A stretch of 64,000 nucleotides of DNA from a virus (lineage: Duplodnaviria; Caudoviricetes), in the IMG/VR virus record IMGVR_UViG_3300002220_000301, positions 4,324 through 68,323 of that record, one strand, 5' to 3'. The position numbers and the translations under genes are program-made. Positions within the stretch are counted from its first letter, which is position 1, and each line of letters begins with the position of its first letter. The notes below the pieces were generated by a model, which saw only the letters and a program-made list of their open reading frames with translations, was not told the origin of the DNA and made no database searches. This document shows positions 56,169 to 64,000 of the stretch, one piece after another.

Positions 56169-56239
56169 TAGCGGGCCAGGGAGTTGAACCCTGTTATAAG
56201 AGGTTATGAGCATCTTAAGATACCGACCTTCCGCCCGCA
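56169..56239 (-). tRNA. Atypical tRNA with CAT anticodon (Met/Ile2-like or pseudo)
   Basis: Cloverleaf by hand: acceptor GCGGGC/GCCCGC, D stem AAGG/TCTT, anticodon loop CTCATAA, T arm CAGGG-TTCAACT-CCCTG; no encoded CCA. Confidence 0.7.
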
Positions 56240-56243
56240 ATAT

Positions 56244-57125
56244 TCATATCATGTATAACAGCTCTTGCATCGCCTCCGTGTAAGACATACCTTTCGCCAT
56301 TACCCACAGCCCAATCGCGTTTACTGCCTTGTCATTAAGCGGACACACGGTTGAGTAGCACTTTGCTATCCCAAGCTCTGTGTCGACCCAAAAGCTTGGG
56401 TCTGTGTCTTTGTGGACAGGACATCTCCCCATCCAATATCTTCCAGAACCATTTTTAGGGAACATTGGCGTTAGCCTTAACGCAACCCTAAGTATCGGAA
56501 CATTTGCCAGCACGTAATCAAAGTCACTCACAAACCCAAGGTCGTCGCCAACAACATCAAAAACAGAACCGCCACTTTCGTAGTTATAATTTGCGCATGG
56601 CTCTGGATCGCTTATCGGAATATTTGCTATTTCGCACAGCGTTTCATTAGATATCTCCTGGATGCTTGCGATGCACGCCCCTGGCATTGCTGTATAGACA
56701 TTTCCAGAAGGATGAAGAGATGGCGGAACAAGCACATATCCGCCATCTCCCTTTATATCAATTTTGTCATCCACATTTTTTCGACTTCGCGAATCAACAT
56801 TAAAATACACATGCAGTCCGCGCCCAGTTTTTACTTTATACGTTCTGTCAATTATACCACGAATTTCACCACGTACCCGCGCGAGCATTTTGTAGTAGCC
56901 AGACTGTGTGTCAAAATCAATGACTGTCAGATGTTTTTCACCACCGCACGCAACTGCCATGTTGAGATTTCCCCTGAACCAGCGAACAAGTTGCGACGCT
57001 GGCGCAGGCGCATTCGCGTATACGCTCCACTTCACAAGTGGTCGCTTACCGCCACGCTCTATCGGAAAGACAGAGTAGCCATTACCGTGCCACTCCATCG
57101 CCGTCCGTCGAAGCTCGTCTGTCAT
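56244..57125 (-). CDS. Bifunctional primase-polymerase (Prim-Pol) with C-terminal Zn finger
   Basis: VIDFD, TGRGLHVYF, DIKGDGGYVLVPPS.H; CPVHKDTDPS...KCYSTVC. Confidence 0.9.
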   Translation of the reverse strand: MTDELRRTAMEWHGNGYSVFPIERGGKRPLVKWSVYANAPAPASQLVRWFRGNLNMAVACGGEKHLTVIDFDTQSGYYKMLARVRGEIRGIIDRTYKVKTGRGLHVYFNVDSRSRKNVDDKIDIKGDGGYVLVPPSLHPSGNVYTAMPGACIASIQEISNETLCEIANIPISDPEPCANYNYESGGSVFDVVGDDLGFVSDFDYVLANVPILRVALRLTPMFPKNGSGRYWMGRCPVHKDTDPSFWVDTELGIAKCYSTVCPLNDKAVNAIGLWVMAKGMSYTEAMQELLYMI

Positions 57126-57430
57126 CTTGCGGATACCTTGACTTTTCTGTCGTAGTCACTGAGTATTCTTTTAACATCCTCTCCACTTCTGCATATATAT
57201 ACAAGTCCATTGTGCTTTTCGTGAAAAATCTTTTCCGCTTTTGTAAGTTTTCCAATACGCGTTTTAATTTCAATCATAACGCTTAGCGGAATGTTCTTAA
57301 CAATTTTATACGCAATGCAGTCCGGAAGCCCGCGCCCGCAGTCATGCATATCAATATATTTCCATCCAGATTCAAGAATCGCGATCATAATTTCATCTGT
57401 GTTTGAGTCTTTTCGATTAGCGTTTGACAT
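57122..57430 (-). CDS. VRR-NUC-like / Holliday junction resolvase-like nuclease
   Basis: RKDSN, GLPDC, IEIKT..GKLT..E (PD-(D/E)xK). Confidence 0.8.
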   Translation of the reverse strand: MSNANRKDSNTDEIMIAILESGWKYIDMHDCGRGLPDCIAYKIVKNIPLSVMIEIKTRIGKLTKAEKIFHEKHNGLVYICRSGEDVKRILSDYDRKVKVSAR

Positions 57431-57438
57431 AATATTTG

Positions 57439-58131
57439 CTATAACAGCCTCGGTTTTTCTAATTCTTTTAATATATTTTCGCACCCGAGCTCAAAGTATT
57501 CTTCATCAATCTCAATGCCAATAAAACTTCTTCCGTATCTTGCGCATGCTACTCCAGTTGAACAGCTCCCGAAGAATGGGTCTATTACGAGCTCGCCTGG
57601 CGCCGTTATGTCAAGCACTATTCTTCCTATCAGCCGCACAGGCTTTTGTGTCGGGTGCTCGTAGCTCGATGCTGCATCTTTTGTAAAAGTATAGACACTT
57701 GATGGTCGCTTGCCTTGAAACTTCCAGTCTCCTCGAATTGCGAATATGGCATTCTCATGGCTTGGCGCAAACTGTGCGTACAAATCTCCGAGCCCGCCGC
57801 CTGGCTTGTTCCATATAACCTGGCTTTTAATGTCCCAACCAGACGACGCAAGCGAATCCCGCCACTCGTGCTCCACATCCCACCGAGTAAACATAAATAT
57901 ACAGCTGTTGGCATTAACAACAGTATTCAAAAGTGCTATCCACCTTGTCTGTACGACATCATCGTTCACAATGGAGTTAAATTTCGGAGTCGCCTCGCGC
58001 ATGTTAGACCTGAATGCAATTCCGTACGGAGGGTCTGTAATTATGGCATGCGCTTTCACATCGAGCTTTTGCAGAACTTCATCGCAATCGCCGTGATAAA
58101 GTGTTATATTGTCTCTTTTAAAAACTTTCAT
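57439..58131 (-). CDS. Beta-class DNA methyltransferase
   Basis: ITDPPYG, HPTQKP, IDPFFGS. Confidence 0.9.
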   Translation of the reverse strand: MKVFKRDNITLYHGDCDEVLQKLDVKAHAIITDPPYGIAFRSNMREATPKFNSIVNDDVVQTRWIALLNTVVNANSCIFMFTRWDVEHEWRDSLASSGWDIKSQVIWNKPGGGLGDLYAQFAPSHENAIFAIRGDWKFQGKRPSSVYTFTKDAASSYEHPTQKPVRLIGRIVLDITAPGELVIDPFFGSCSTGVACARYGRSFIGIEIDEEYFELGCENILKELEKPRLL

Positions 58132-58316
58132 AAATGTTTAACAAAGTCGATTGCATCTTCAATTTTGTTTACATCGTCTTTAATTTTATTGAACAAATTC
58201 TCGTACATTGCAACCGTCCTTTCAAGTGATTCGTTGATTGTTAATTGTTTGTAATACGCGTAAACCAGTTCATCGTGCATCAGTTTTTTTTGTTGTTTTT
58301 TTGACTTGTGTTTCAT
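58128..58316 (-). CDS. Hypothetical protein
   Basis: ATG 6 nt after -10 box; coiled coil. Confidence 0.65.
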   Translation of the reverse strand: MKHKSKKQQKKLMHDELVYAYYKQLTINESLERTVAMYENLFNKIKDDVNKIEDAIDFVKHL

Positions 58317-58322
58317 AGCCCT

Positions 58323-58351
58323 ATTATAGACGCCATGAAAACACAAGTCAA
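58323..58351 (-). promoter_or_regulatory. sigma70 promoter
   Basis: TTGACT-17 bp-TATAAT. Confidence 0.8.
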
Positions 58352-58370
58352 TAGAAACGCGTCTTAGTTT

Positions 58371-58637
58371 TTACTTTCCAAGTTCCTTGGAGACATCCAG
58401 CCAACTTGACACGGACCTCCACGACTGCAAGACCGACTCGACGTCTTTCCAGTCAGCGATATCTATTCTTACGATCGGAAGGTTCTCACTGGCAATATAA
58501 ATGCAGCCGCTTTCCGGCTTGCTTCGTATGTGCCTTAGCGAGACATTTCCGCTGCTGACAGTTACTTCCGACATCGTCTCGTCAAAGACGATGTCGGCCT
58601 CTGTTTTGCCTTCAGGCTTACTCTTTTTGTTTCCCAT
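58371..58637 (-). CDS. Hypothetical protein
   Basis: Start MGNKKSKPE, overlaps upstream ORF end. Confidence 0.65.
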   Translation of the reverse strand: MGNKKSKPEGKTEADIVFDETMSEVTVSSGNVSLRHIRSKPESGCIYIASENLPIVRIDIADWKDVESVLQSWRSVSSWLDVSKELGK

Positions 58638-58842
58638 TCTCTTTCCACACTCCATTAAGTTTGTCTACAAGTTCCGAATAGCCATCAAGAACCTGCGCTA
58701 TGTACCACGATTCTTTTGCGCCAACCCATACGCCACGCTCGTGCGACGCATCTCGAAAGCGCTCCGCGAGTAATTTCAATACTTCGGAGCGGCGTGAAGG
58801 CTGAGCTTCAGTCTCCAAAGTCCCCGTTCCCAAGCTCTGCAT
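58618..58842 (-). CDS. Hypothetical protein
   Basis: SD GGAG before ATG 58842. Confidence 0.5.
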   Translation of the reverse strand: MQSLGTGTLETEAQPSRRSEVLKLLAERFRDASHERGVWVGAKESWYIAQVLDGYSELVDKLNGVWKENGKQKE

Positions 58843-59329
58843 AATACAGCTCCCCTTGCTCCCATGTCTGCTCATCGCCCCGTTCTGTATATACTCCCCT
58901 TGAGCGAGCCTCGAACGAGGAATATTTTTCGATGTTGCCAATACTTGCTGTAACTGAACAGCCGCACACTTTGCATTCATAAGTTATTATGTCTGTGCCA
59001 TCCTCGTCACACTCCTTGTAGTCCATTATCTCGTCGCACATTGGACACGGAATATACAACTTCTTTTTGTCATCCATTTCAATTTTCCTTTCTGTATTAT
59101 TAAAATAATCAACTGCTATTTCAGCAAGTTTGATTGTTCTTTTAGAAACCTTTGAGATTCCGCATTTTCTAATAAAATCATGAACCGTCCTTGTTACGCC
59201 AGGAAGCTCGTAATCGTATGTGTCGTATAACATCTCAAGCGCGCGACCATCTGTAACGCCGTCAAGCATTGTTGACGCAGTAAGCCTTGCGAGTATAGCA
59301 CTTCCTGTAGCCGTCCTTGTCTGTTTCAT
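58808..59329 (-). CDS. Hypothetical protein with Zn ribbon
   Basis: CPMC...CKVC. Confidence 0.65.
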   Translation of the reverse strand: MKQTRTATGSAILARLTASTMLDGVTDGRALEMLYDTYDYELPGVTRTVHDFIRKCGISKVSKRTIKLAEIAVDYFNNTERKIEMDDKKKLYIPCPMCDEIMDYKECDEDGTDIITYECKVCGCSVTASIGNIEKYSSFEARSRGVYTERGDEQTWEQGELYYAELGNGDFGD

Positions 59330-59862
59330 CGTTCGCGCAGCTCCTTCAAAGAGTCTCTTATGTCCTTGCCCCCAATTTCATTGCCAACAACAACCCAGCC
59401 CTCATGCTCCTCTCGTCCAAAGAGCTCAAGTTTACTACACTGACTATACGCATTTGCTATCATATCGCGAATTGCATCAGGCTTCTTGCTGTGTTTTGTT
59501 TTCTTTTCTCGATAAACACTACTTACTCTGTACCGATAGTCCGGGGGAGAAAAATGCCCCCTTGTTCCTATCAACAGGTGCTCGTGTTGGACGCGCGACC
59601 AATACCCAAGTCCTATACGCTCTTTGTCCCAGACCATATTTGTTTTATACTTAAATCCCCATGCGGACATAACGCTCAGCGCCTCGATGAGTTTTGGCGC
59701 AGTCGCCCAAAGATATAAAACAGAATTGCTCGCGCTTGGGACATCAAGACTCATGATGTCTTCGCATGCCATTGTCGGATAATGCGCTTCTATACTATCC
59801 GCAGTCTTTTTAGAAAAATCATATCTCCATGGCGGATCGCTGTACACAACATCAAATATCAT
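59326..59862 (-). CDS. MT-A70 family adenine methyltransferase
   Basis: YSDPPW, LYLWAT, GLGYW, HSKKP, LELFGR. Confidence 0.92.
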   Translation of the reverse strand: MIFDVVYSDPPWRYDFSKKTADSIEAHYPTMACEDIMSLDVPSASNSVLYLWATAPKLIEALSVMSAWGFKYKTNMVWDKERIGLGYWSRVQHEHLLIGTRGHFSPPDYRYRVSSVYREKKTKHSKKPDAIRDMIANAYSQCSKLELFGREEHEGWVVVGNEIGGKDIRDSLKELRER

Positions 59863-61511
59863 GCTCTTACTATCGCCTCCTTGAACCAAGGTGAATAAAA
59901 CTTCATTGCAAGTGGAGCCGTTGCCATCATGTCGGCGAGCGCTGCTGTGTTAAGCAAATAAACGCCATCGTCGTCCTGCTCGCCGCGAGTAACCCTTCCT
60001 GTCGCCTGCATCACACTGTTATACGCATACGCATAGGCGTAAGCCCGCCCAGCAGATGTTTCAAAACGGAGTTGATCAAACCTGTCGGTTGGGTTTGGCA
60101 ACGGAACGCCAGCGACCACCGAATAACGAGCAATATCGCCACGCAAATCAACGCCCGTCCCCCACCCCTGAATAGTGTCGACATGAACGACGCCCTGGTC
60201 GGCGTTTGTTACAAATGTGTTAATTCTATCCTGAAGCCCCATTCCGTTGTCTGGCAAAGTAAAGACCGAGCGATTTCCACGAAGCTCTGGGCGCAGGAAC
60301 TCGCGCAATTTAGCGACTTTAAGATTAGATGTTGTCAGCACTATGCCTCTGTGACTTGCGTCTGTACGGGTGTTTATCCAGCGCGCAATGCGCCTTGCCT
60401 GCTTCTTGTACAAACCAATGTCCTTCATTAAGTTTGCGTGCGTCATCGCATAATCGGCAATGTCGTATATTGGCCTTTTGTTAGGCGGCACAGGGTGGGG
60501 CCAGCTTTTGTAGTGCCAGTCTGTTATGCCAAACTCATTGCAAATAAGCGCCGTTGGGTCTCCGATGGTAGCACTCATCATAAAGACACTGTCCTTGCCA
60601 TTCGTCACTCTGTCGTAGACGCGCTTGGAGCTCAGCGCTTTTATCTCAAGCACTGGCTCTTTGACAGGCGCGCCACTTCTTTTCACGTAAGTTTCGGCTA
60701 TTTTGCATTTATAAAAAATGTCATCTCCTGTGTACAGGAGAGACTGCAGCTCACTTAAAGCATTAAACACTTTACGCTTGTCTGCTCCAGTTGGCGACAT
60801 CTCGTCAAACAGGTCAATCTGAGCTACACATGTCAGTGCATTGTGAGCCCACCCAAGAACCTGATACTTACTCACCGAGTCCAATACATCGCCATCGCCA
60901 TTCGCGCCAAAATCCAACAGCGGGAACTTCGGAAGGTCGTATTTTAGCCGCTCCGTGTCTGTCATTTTGAATGAGTCTATGCCAAGAAACTCGCGCACGG
61001 CGTTGTGAATTTCGTCCATCACAAGCAGCCCGCCACGTTTCTGCAGTCGCTCTGACACGACTCCATACTTATAGGTACAAGCCATCCGAGGAGACGCGAG
61101 CGCCTCTTCTCTCGCGACAAAGTACGGGCACTTGTCATACGCGGGACACTCGCGCATGTTATGTGAATAATGACAATCGCCAGCGGTAGGCGTTCTGTTG
61201 TATTTCCGCTGCCAATCATCCACCTTGCTTTTAAGTGCGCACACGTACTCGTTTCTACCCTTAAGAATACTGAAGCCGTAGTCTTTATACTGGCTTAGAA
61301 GCCCAAGGTTTTGCACGAGAACCGTCGTTTCTATGCCATCAGACAAAGCGCCTGCTATCGCTGTCTTTCCAATGCCGACAGGCGCCTCCATGATGACAAC
61401 ATCCTTCTGTTCAAGCGCAGTGCGCGCGTCTGCGAATGCTTCAAATTGATAGGTGCGCCAATTAGAGTGTGGAAGCCCGAGCTGCCATGGCGCTATACTT
61501 ATTGGAGGCAT
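59859..61511 (-). CDS. SF2 helicase, XPD/DinG/Rad3 family with Fe-S cysteines
   Basis: APVGIGKT, DEIH, SAT, GVDLRGD, QATGRVTR; four Cys between motifs I and II. Confidence 0.85.
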   Translation of the reverse strand: MPPISIAPWQLGLPHSNWRTYQFEAFADARTALEQKDVVIMEAPVGIGKTAIAGALSDGIETTVLVQNLGLLSQYKDYGFSILKGRNEYVCALKSKVDDWQRKYNRTPTAGDCHYSHNMRECPAYDKCPYFVAREEALASPRMACTYKYGVVSERLQKRGGLLVMDEIHNAVREFLGIDSFKMTDTERLKYDLPKFPLLDFGANGDGDVLDSVSKYQVLGWAHNALTCVAQIDLFDEMSPTGADKRKVFNALSELQSLLYTGDDIFYKCKIAETYVKRSGAPVKEPVLEIKALSSKRVYDRVTNGKDSVFMMSATIGDPTALICNEFGITDWHYKSWPHPVPPNKRPIYDIADYAMTHANLMKDIGLYKKQARRIARWINTRTDASHRGIVLTTSNLKVAKLREFLRPELRGNRSVFTLPDNGMGLQDRINTFVTNADQGVVHVDTIQGWGTGVDLRGDIARYSVVAGVPLPNPTDRFDQLRFETSAGRAYAYAYAYNSVMQATGRVTRGEQDDDGVYLLNTAALADMMATAPLAMKFYSPWFKEAIVRA

Positions 61512-61514
61512 GGG

Positions 61515-61742
61515 CTACCCTTCCTCTCCATATTGCTCAAGCCCGCAACATTCGAACATAATCTGGTAAATTTCTTCGCGCCTATTTTCAAGTATCCACT
61601 CTGCCCCGCCTGTTGTATATGTTCCGTTTTGTTTTAGAATATACAAAGCAATAGTAATACTGTACAGCTCACCAAGCAAAGTGTGCAAGTCGCCAGATTT
61701 TTGAATTTTTCTAATAGCAGTTGCCATGTTCTCATCCTCCAT
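61515..61742 (-). CDS. Hypothetical protein
   Basis: 75 aa in operon. Confidence 0.6.
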   Translation of the reverse strand: MEDENMATAIRKIQKSGDLHTLLGELYSITIALYILKQNGTYTTGGAEWILENRREEIYQIMFECCGLEQYGEEG

Positions 61743-61745
61743 GTG

Positions 61746-62216
61746 TTATTTTGCGAGCCCTTCTCGCACAAGAGCGCCTCGTACTGCAGCCAGCGTAAAG
61801 CCCATCTTAGATGCGATCCACTGCTTACTTTTGCCATCTTCTTCATAATAATTGACTACTCGATCGTACGCTTCGCCTGTGATAATCTGTCTTTTTGGGC
61901 AGTGCTTTTTTGGAATAGTCTTAAGCCCCCTCTCCGTTACCACAGCTTTTACCAGGGCATAGTCGCAATGTAATATTCTGCGTGTCTCTCCCATGCTGTG
62001 ACCAGAAAGTATCAGACGCTCTATTTCTTCATCGCGCGATTTGTTTCGCTCCTTTTTGCTCGCTTCTTTTTCCTTATATGGCGCTCGCCTGTCTCCTTGT
62101 GTCCAGTTCGGACAATCTTCAAATTGAAATCTGTAGCCATTATGAACATGGCACATCCCAATAGAGTGGTCGTCGTCAAGGCGCTCCCAGTTTGCGCAAG
62201 AAATGCATGCCCTCAT
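61746..62216 (-). CDS. Zn-binding, tandem HTH DNA-binding protein
   Basis: CISC N-terminus; two HTH-like segments (HSMGETRRIL, KSKQWIASKMG). Confidence 0.6.
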   Translation of the reverse strand: MRACISCANWERLDDDHSIGMCHVHNGYRFQFEDCPNWTQGDRRAPYKEKEASKKERNKSRDEEIERLILSGHSMGETRRILHCDYALVKAVVTERGLKTIPKKHCPKRQIITGEAYDRVVNYYEEDGKSKQWIASKMGFTLAAVRGALVREGLAK

Positions 62217-62326
62217 TTGCAGTTTCTCCTTTCTACTTCATCCAGAAGTTCCTCGGATACAACAACAAGTTTGTATATAGCAGTCGCCCAAATCAGCGAC
62301 AAAATTAACTCGGCTGTCACAAACAT
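62213..62326 (-). CDS. Possible 37-aa TM peptide
   Basis: MFVTAELILSLIWATAIYKLVVV...; fills gap with ATGA overlap. Confidence 0.45.
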   Translation of the reverse strand: MFVTAELILSLIWATAIYKLVVVSEELLDEVERRNCK

Positions 62327-62328
62327 AC

Positions 62329-62619
62329 CTATCTCCCCTCATATTGCCACATCACAGCGTTGCAATACGCGTGCACAGCGCCTTCTGTCATACCAGTCGC
62401 GTGATTGTGCTGCAAGTGCACTGGGTGCATTAAAAAATTCGCTGGAAATGCGTCCCAGTTTATTGGCTTATTGGCTATTCTTTGTGGCGGCGGAGAAGAC
62501 AGTGGCTCGCCACAGTACATGCACATGCCTTTTTGTGCTTTAATGTACGCCTCTCTCATTTCTCTTCGCTCCCTGTAGTTAAGGGCGTTGTAATTTTTTG
62601 GAACAATGTTATTTTTCAT
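62329..62619 (-). CDS. HNH / endonuclease VII-like nuclease
   Basis: CMYCG, HLQHNH.TG...GAVH..CN. Confidence 0.75.
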   Translation of the reverse strand: MKNNIVPKNYNALNYRERREMREAYIKAQKGMCMYCGEPLSSPPPQRIANKPINWDAFPANFLMHPVHLQHNHATGMTEGAVHAYCNAVMWQYEGR

Positions 62620-62624
62620 CTTTA

Positions 62625-63125
62625 TTAAATATGACAATCTAACAGTGTGAAATTTTTATACTTGTCTACAGCGTCCGAATAAATTCTTTCCCATTCGTCG
62701 TCTGGAATCTCATCCCAACTCATCCCCCACCACCCAATCTCTCCCTTCGCGTGCCACTCTCCGTCAGGAGTTACGAAGGCAAATGGGACGAAGTCCGGAA
62801 GCTCGTCGTCGCCAATGATGCTGTAATAATCATACTTCGACTTAGGGTTGTATGTAGTCCACTTCTCAACGATATCATTGCCGTTTTTGTCTTTGCGAAA
62901 CCTCCATTCGGTTGAGTTTCCATGCCATCTCTCGCGGTGCTTTTCGTACATTTCCTGCAAAGGCAAGTGGCTGTCTTCTGGAAAATTTTTGACAAACAAT
63001 TCAATGTCATCGCTGTTGCACACGCCATCAAAATGCCATGGAACTTTAACCCACTCATTGTACGGAGCGATTAAGTTCTCTACGTTTTCCATTTTATCAA
63101 ATACAACTACATTATAGTGTGTCAT
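62625..63125 (-). CDS. Hypothetical phage protein
   Basis: YNPKSKYDYY.I; FAFVTPDGEWH.KGE.GWWG...DCH. Confidence 0.75.
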   Translation of the reverse strand: MTHYNVVVFDKMENVENLIAPYNEWVKVPWHFDGVCNSDDIELFVKNFPEDSHLPLQEMYEKHRERWHGNSTEWRFRKDKNGNDIVEKWTTYNPKSKYDYYSIIGDDELPDFVPFAFVTPDGEWHAKGEIGWWGMSWDEIPDDEWERIYSDAVDKYKNFTLLDCHI

Positions 63126-63211
63126 TGCAATCTCCTTTTCCTTTTTATTTCTAACATATGCAAAAAATGCACGGGTTTAAACGCTTTTTAGACCACTCTT
63201 TGTCATACAAG

Positions 63212-63505
63212 TTACCACCAGCCACAAATAAGACCGAGAAGCTCAGTCTTTGCCTGTTCAATGTCTGGATGATTTACGGTCCTGTATTGCCAGCCTTTGT
63301 CAAAGACTCTTTTGTCAAGTTCTTGGCCAAACGCTTCGCGATGAATCTTGTCCGCTAATACAAACCATTCATGCTGTGTCGCACTCGCTTCCCATAAATT
63401 GACAAACAACTCAAAATTAGCATCAATAACATCTTTTACTGCTTTAAGATTAGACCCAAAAACTTCGTATGCCTCTTCGAGACTTTGTGTATTGTAATTT
63501 GTCAT
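63212..63505 (-). CDS. Hypothetical protein
   Basis: 97 aa, ATGA overlap. Confidence 0.65.
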   Translation of the reverse strand: MTNYNTQSLEEAYEVFGSNLKAVKDVIDANFELFVNLWEASATQHEWFVLADKIHREAFGQELDKRVFDKGWQYRTVNHPDIEQAKTELLGLICGWW

Positions 63506-63819
63506 TTTAACTCCTTTTCCCAGTTCGGCAAGATGTAATCGTCAACAATAGTTTGAACATCATCGACGGTTGCGTCGTCGCCAAATTCCTCAAGACTTCT
63601 GACCGCGTAGGCAATGCGTGCATCTCTGTCACCACTGGCGTATTCCAGCCACGAAGCACTCGGGGCAGCCTCGTACGCGCCATCTGCATGCGCAATAACT
63701 ACAGACTCAATGTGTTTTGCTAACATATTAATCGCCGTGAAAAGCGCTTGACGTAAAGTGCATGGCTGCATTGCCATCTCCGCCTCAGTCTCTTTCGCCT
63801 TCCAGTTCCGCCCAGTCAT
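63502..63819 (-). CDS. Hypothetical protein
   Basis: 105 aa, ATGA overlap. Confidence 0.65.
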   Translation of the reverse strand: MTGRNWKAKETEAEMAMQPCTLRQALFTAINMLAKHIESVVIAHADGAYEAAPSASWLEYASGDRDARIAYAVRSLEEFGDDATVDDVQTIVDDYILPNWEKELK

Positions 63820-64000
63820 TCTTCCGCCTCTCCATTCATTCTTCGCAGTTCATCGAGGCACTCGTGCACCATCTCGATGATTTCACGGACTTTTGGCACG
63901 CGGTTGACGCTCATTCCGCGCCCGCAATATTTATACCAGCTCACTTCCAAATCCCGCCATTTGAAATTGTAAGGTTGTTCTATGTCTTCGTTCCAACTGT
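63816..64000 (-). CDS. Hypothetical phage protein, partial (start beyond window)
   Basis: Open frame QPYNFKWRDLEVSWYKYCGRGM...; stop overlaps next ATG. Confidence 0.65.
   Translation of the reverse strand, partial: SWNEDIEQPYNFKWRDLEVSWYKYCGRGMSVNRVPKVREIIEMVHECLDELRRMNGEAEE

Larger units (their letters stand above)
1..64000. mobile_element. Tailed dsDNA bacteriophage genome segment (siphovirus-like); no host DNA or integrase seen
   Basis: Canonical order TerS-TerL-portal-protease-capsid-tail tube-chaperone-tape measure-Dit-fibre, plus endolysin, Prim-Pol, helicase and many small ORFs. Confidence 0.97.

Noticed and set aside
61998-62543. 181-aa plus-strand ORF
   Set aside because: Antisense to three packed minus-strand genes
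1-64000. CRISPR array or mini-array
   Set aside because: No regularly spaced 25-40 bp repeats with unique spacers seen; no cas genes
1-64000. Integrase, att sites or CI-like repressor
   Set aside because: None recognisable here; may lie outside the window, so lifestyle is not called

Overview
The whole 64-kb window is part of one tailed dsDNA phage (siphovirus-like, non-contractile tail); no host genes and no integrase are visible. Layout: (i) 1-14.2 kb, minus strand: recombination genes (Sak4-like ATPase, degenerate ERCC4-like protein, putative SSB), a MoxR AAA+/vWA pair (vWA frameshifted), and a series of small early-type genes with consensus sigma70 promoters and long hairpin-rich leaders; (ii) 14.2-15.2 kb: a non-coding control region with GAAC-N4-GTTC LexA-type boxes; (iii) 15.5-19.7 kb: DNA methyltransferases and a nucleoside deoxyribosyltransferase-like gene; (iv) 19.8-54 kb, plus strand: holin-like genes, TerS, TerL with a class 3 intein, portal, protease/scaffold, major capsid, a separately promoted glycosyltransferase/methyltransferase cassette, GH25-M23-SH3 endolysin, head-tail and tail genes (chaperone with a predicted +1 UUU_CGG frameshift, 1450-aa tape measure, Dit, Tal-like, fibres); (v) 54-64 kb: DUF488-like, metallophosphoesterase, an atypical CAT tRNA, Prim-Pol, VRR-NUC-like nuclease, two more methyltransferases, XPD/DinG-type helicase and small genes. 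The SOS-box type and endolysin architecture suggest a monoderm host (Chloroflexota, Bacillota or Actinomycetota); this is inference. Protein family calls come from motif recognition by eye, not database searches.
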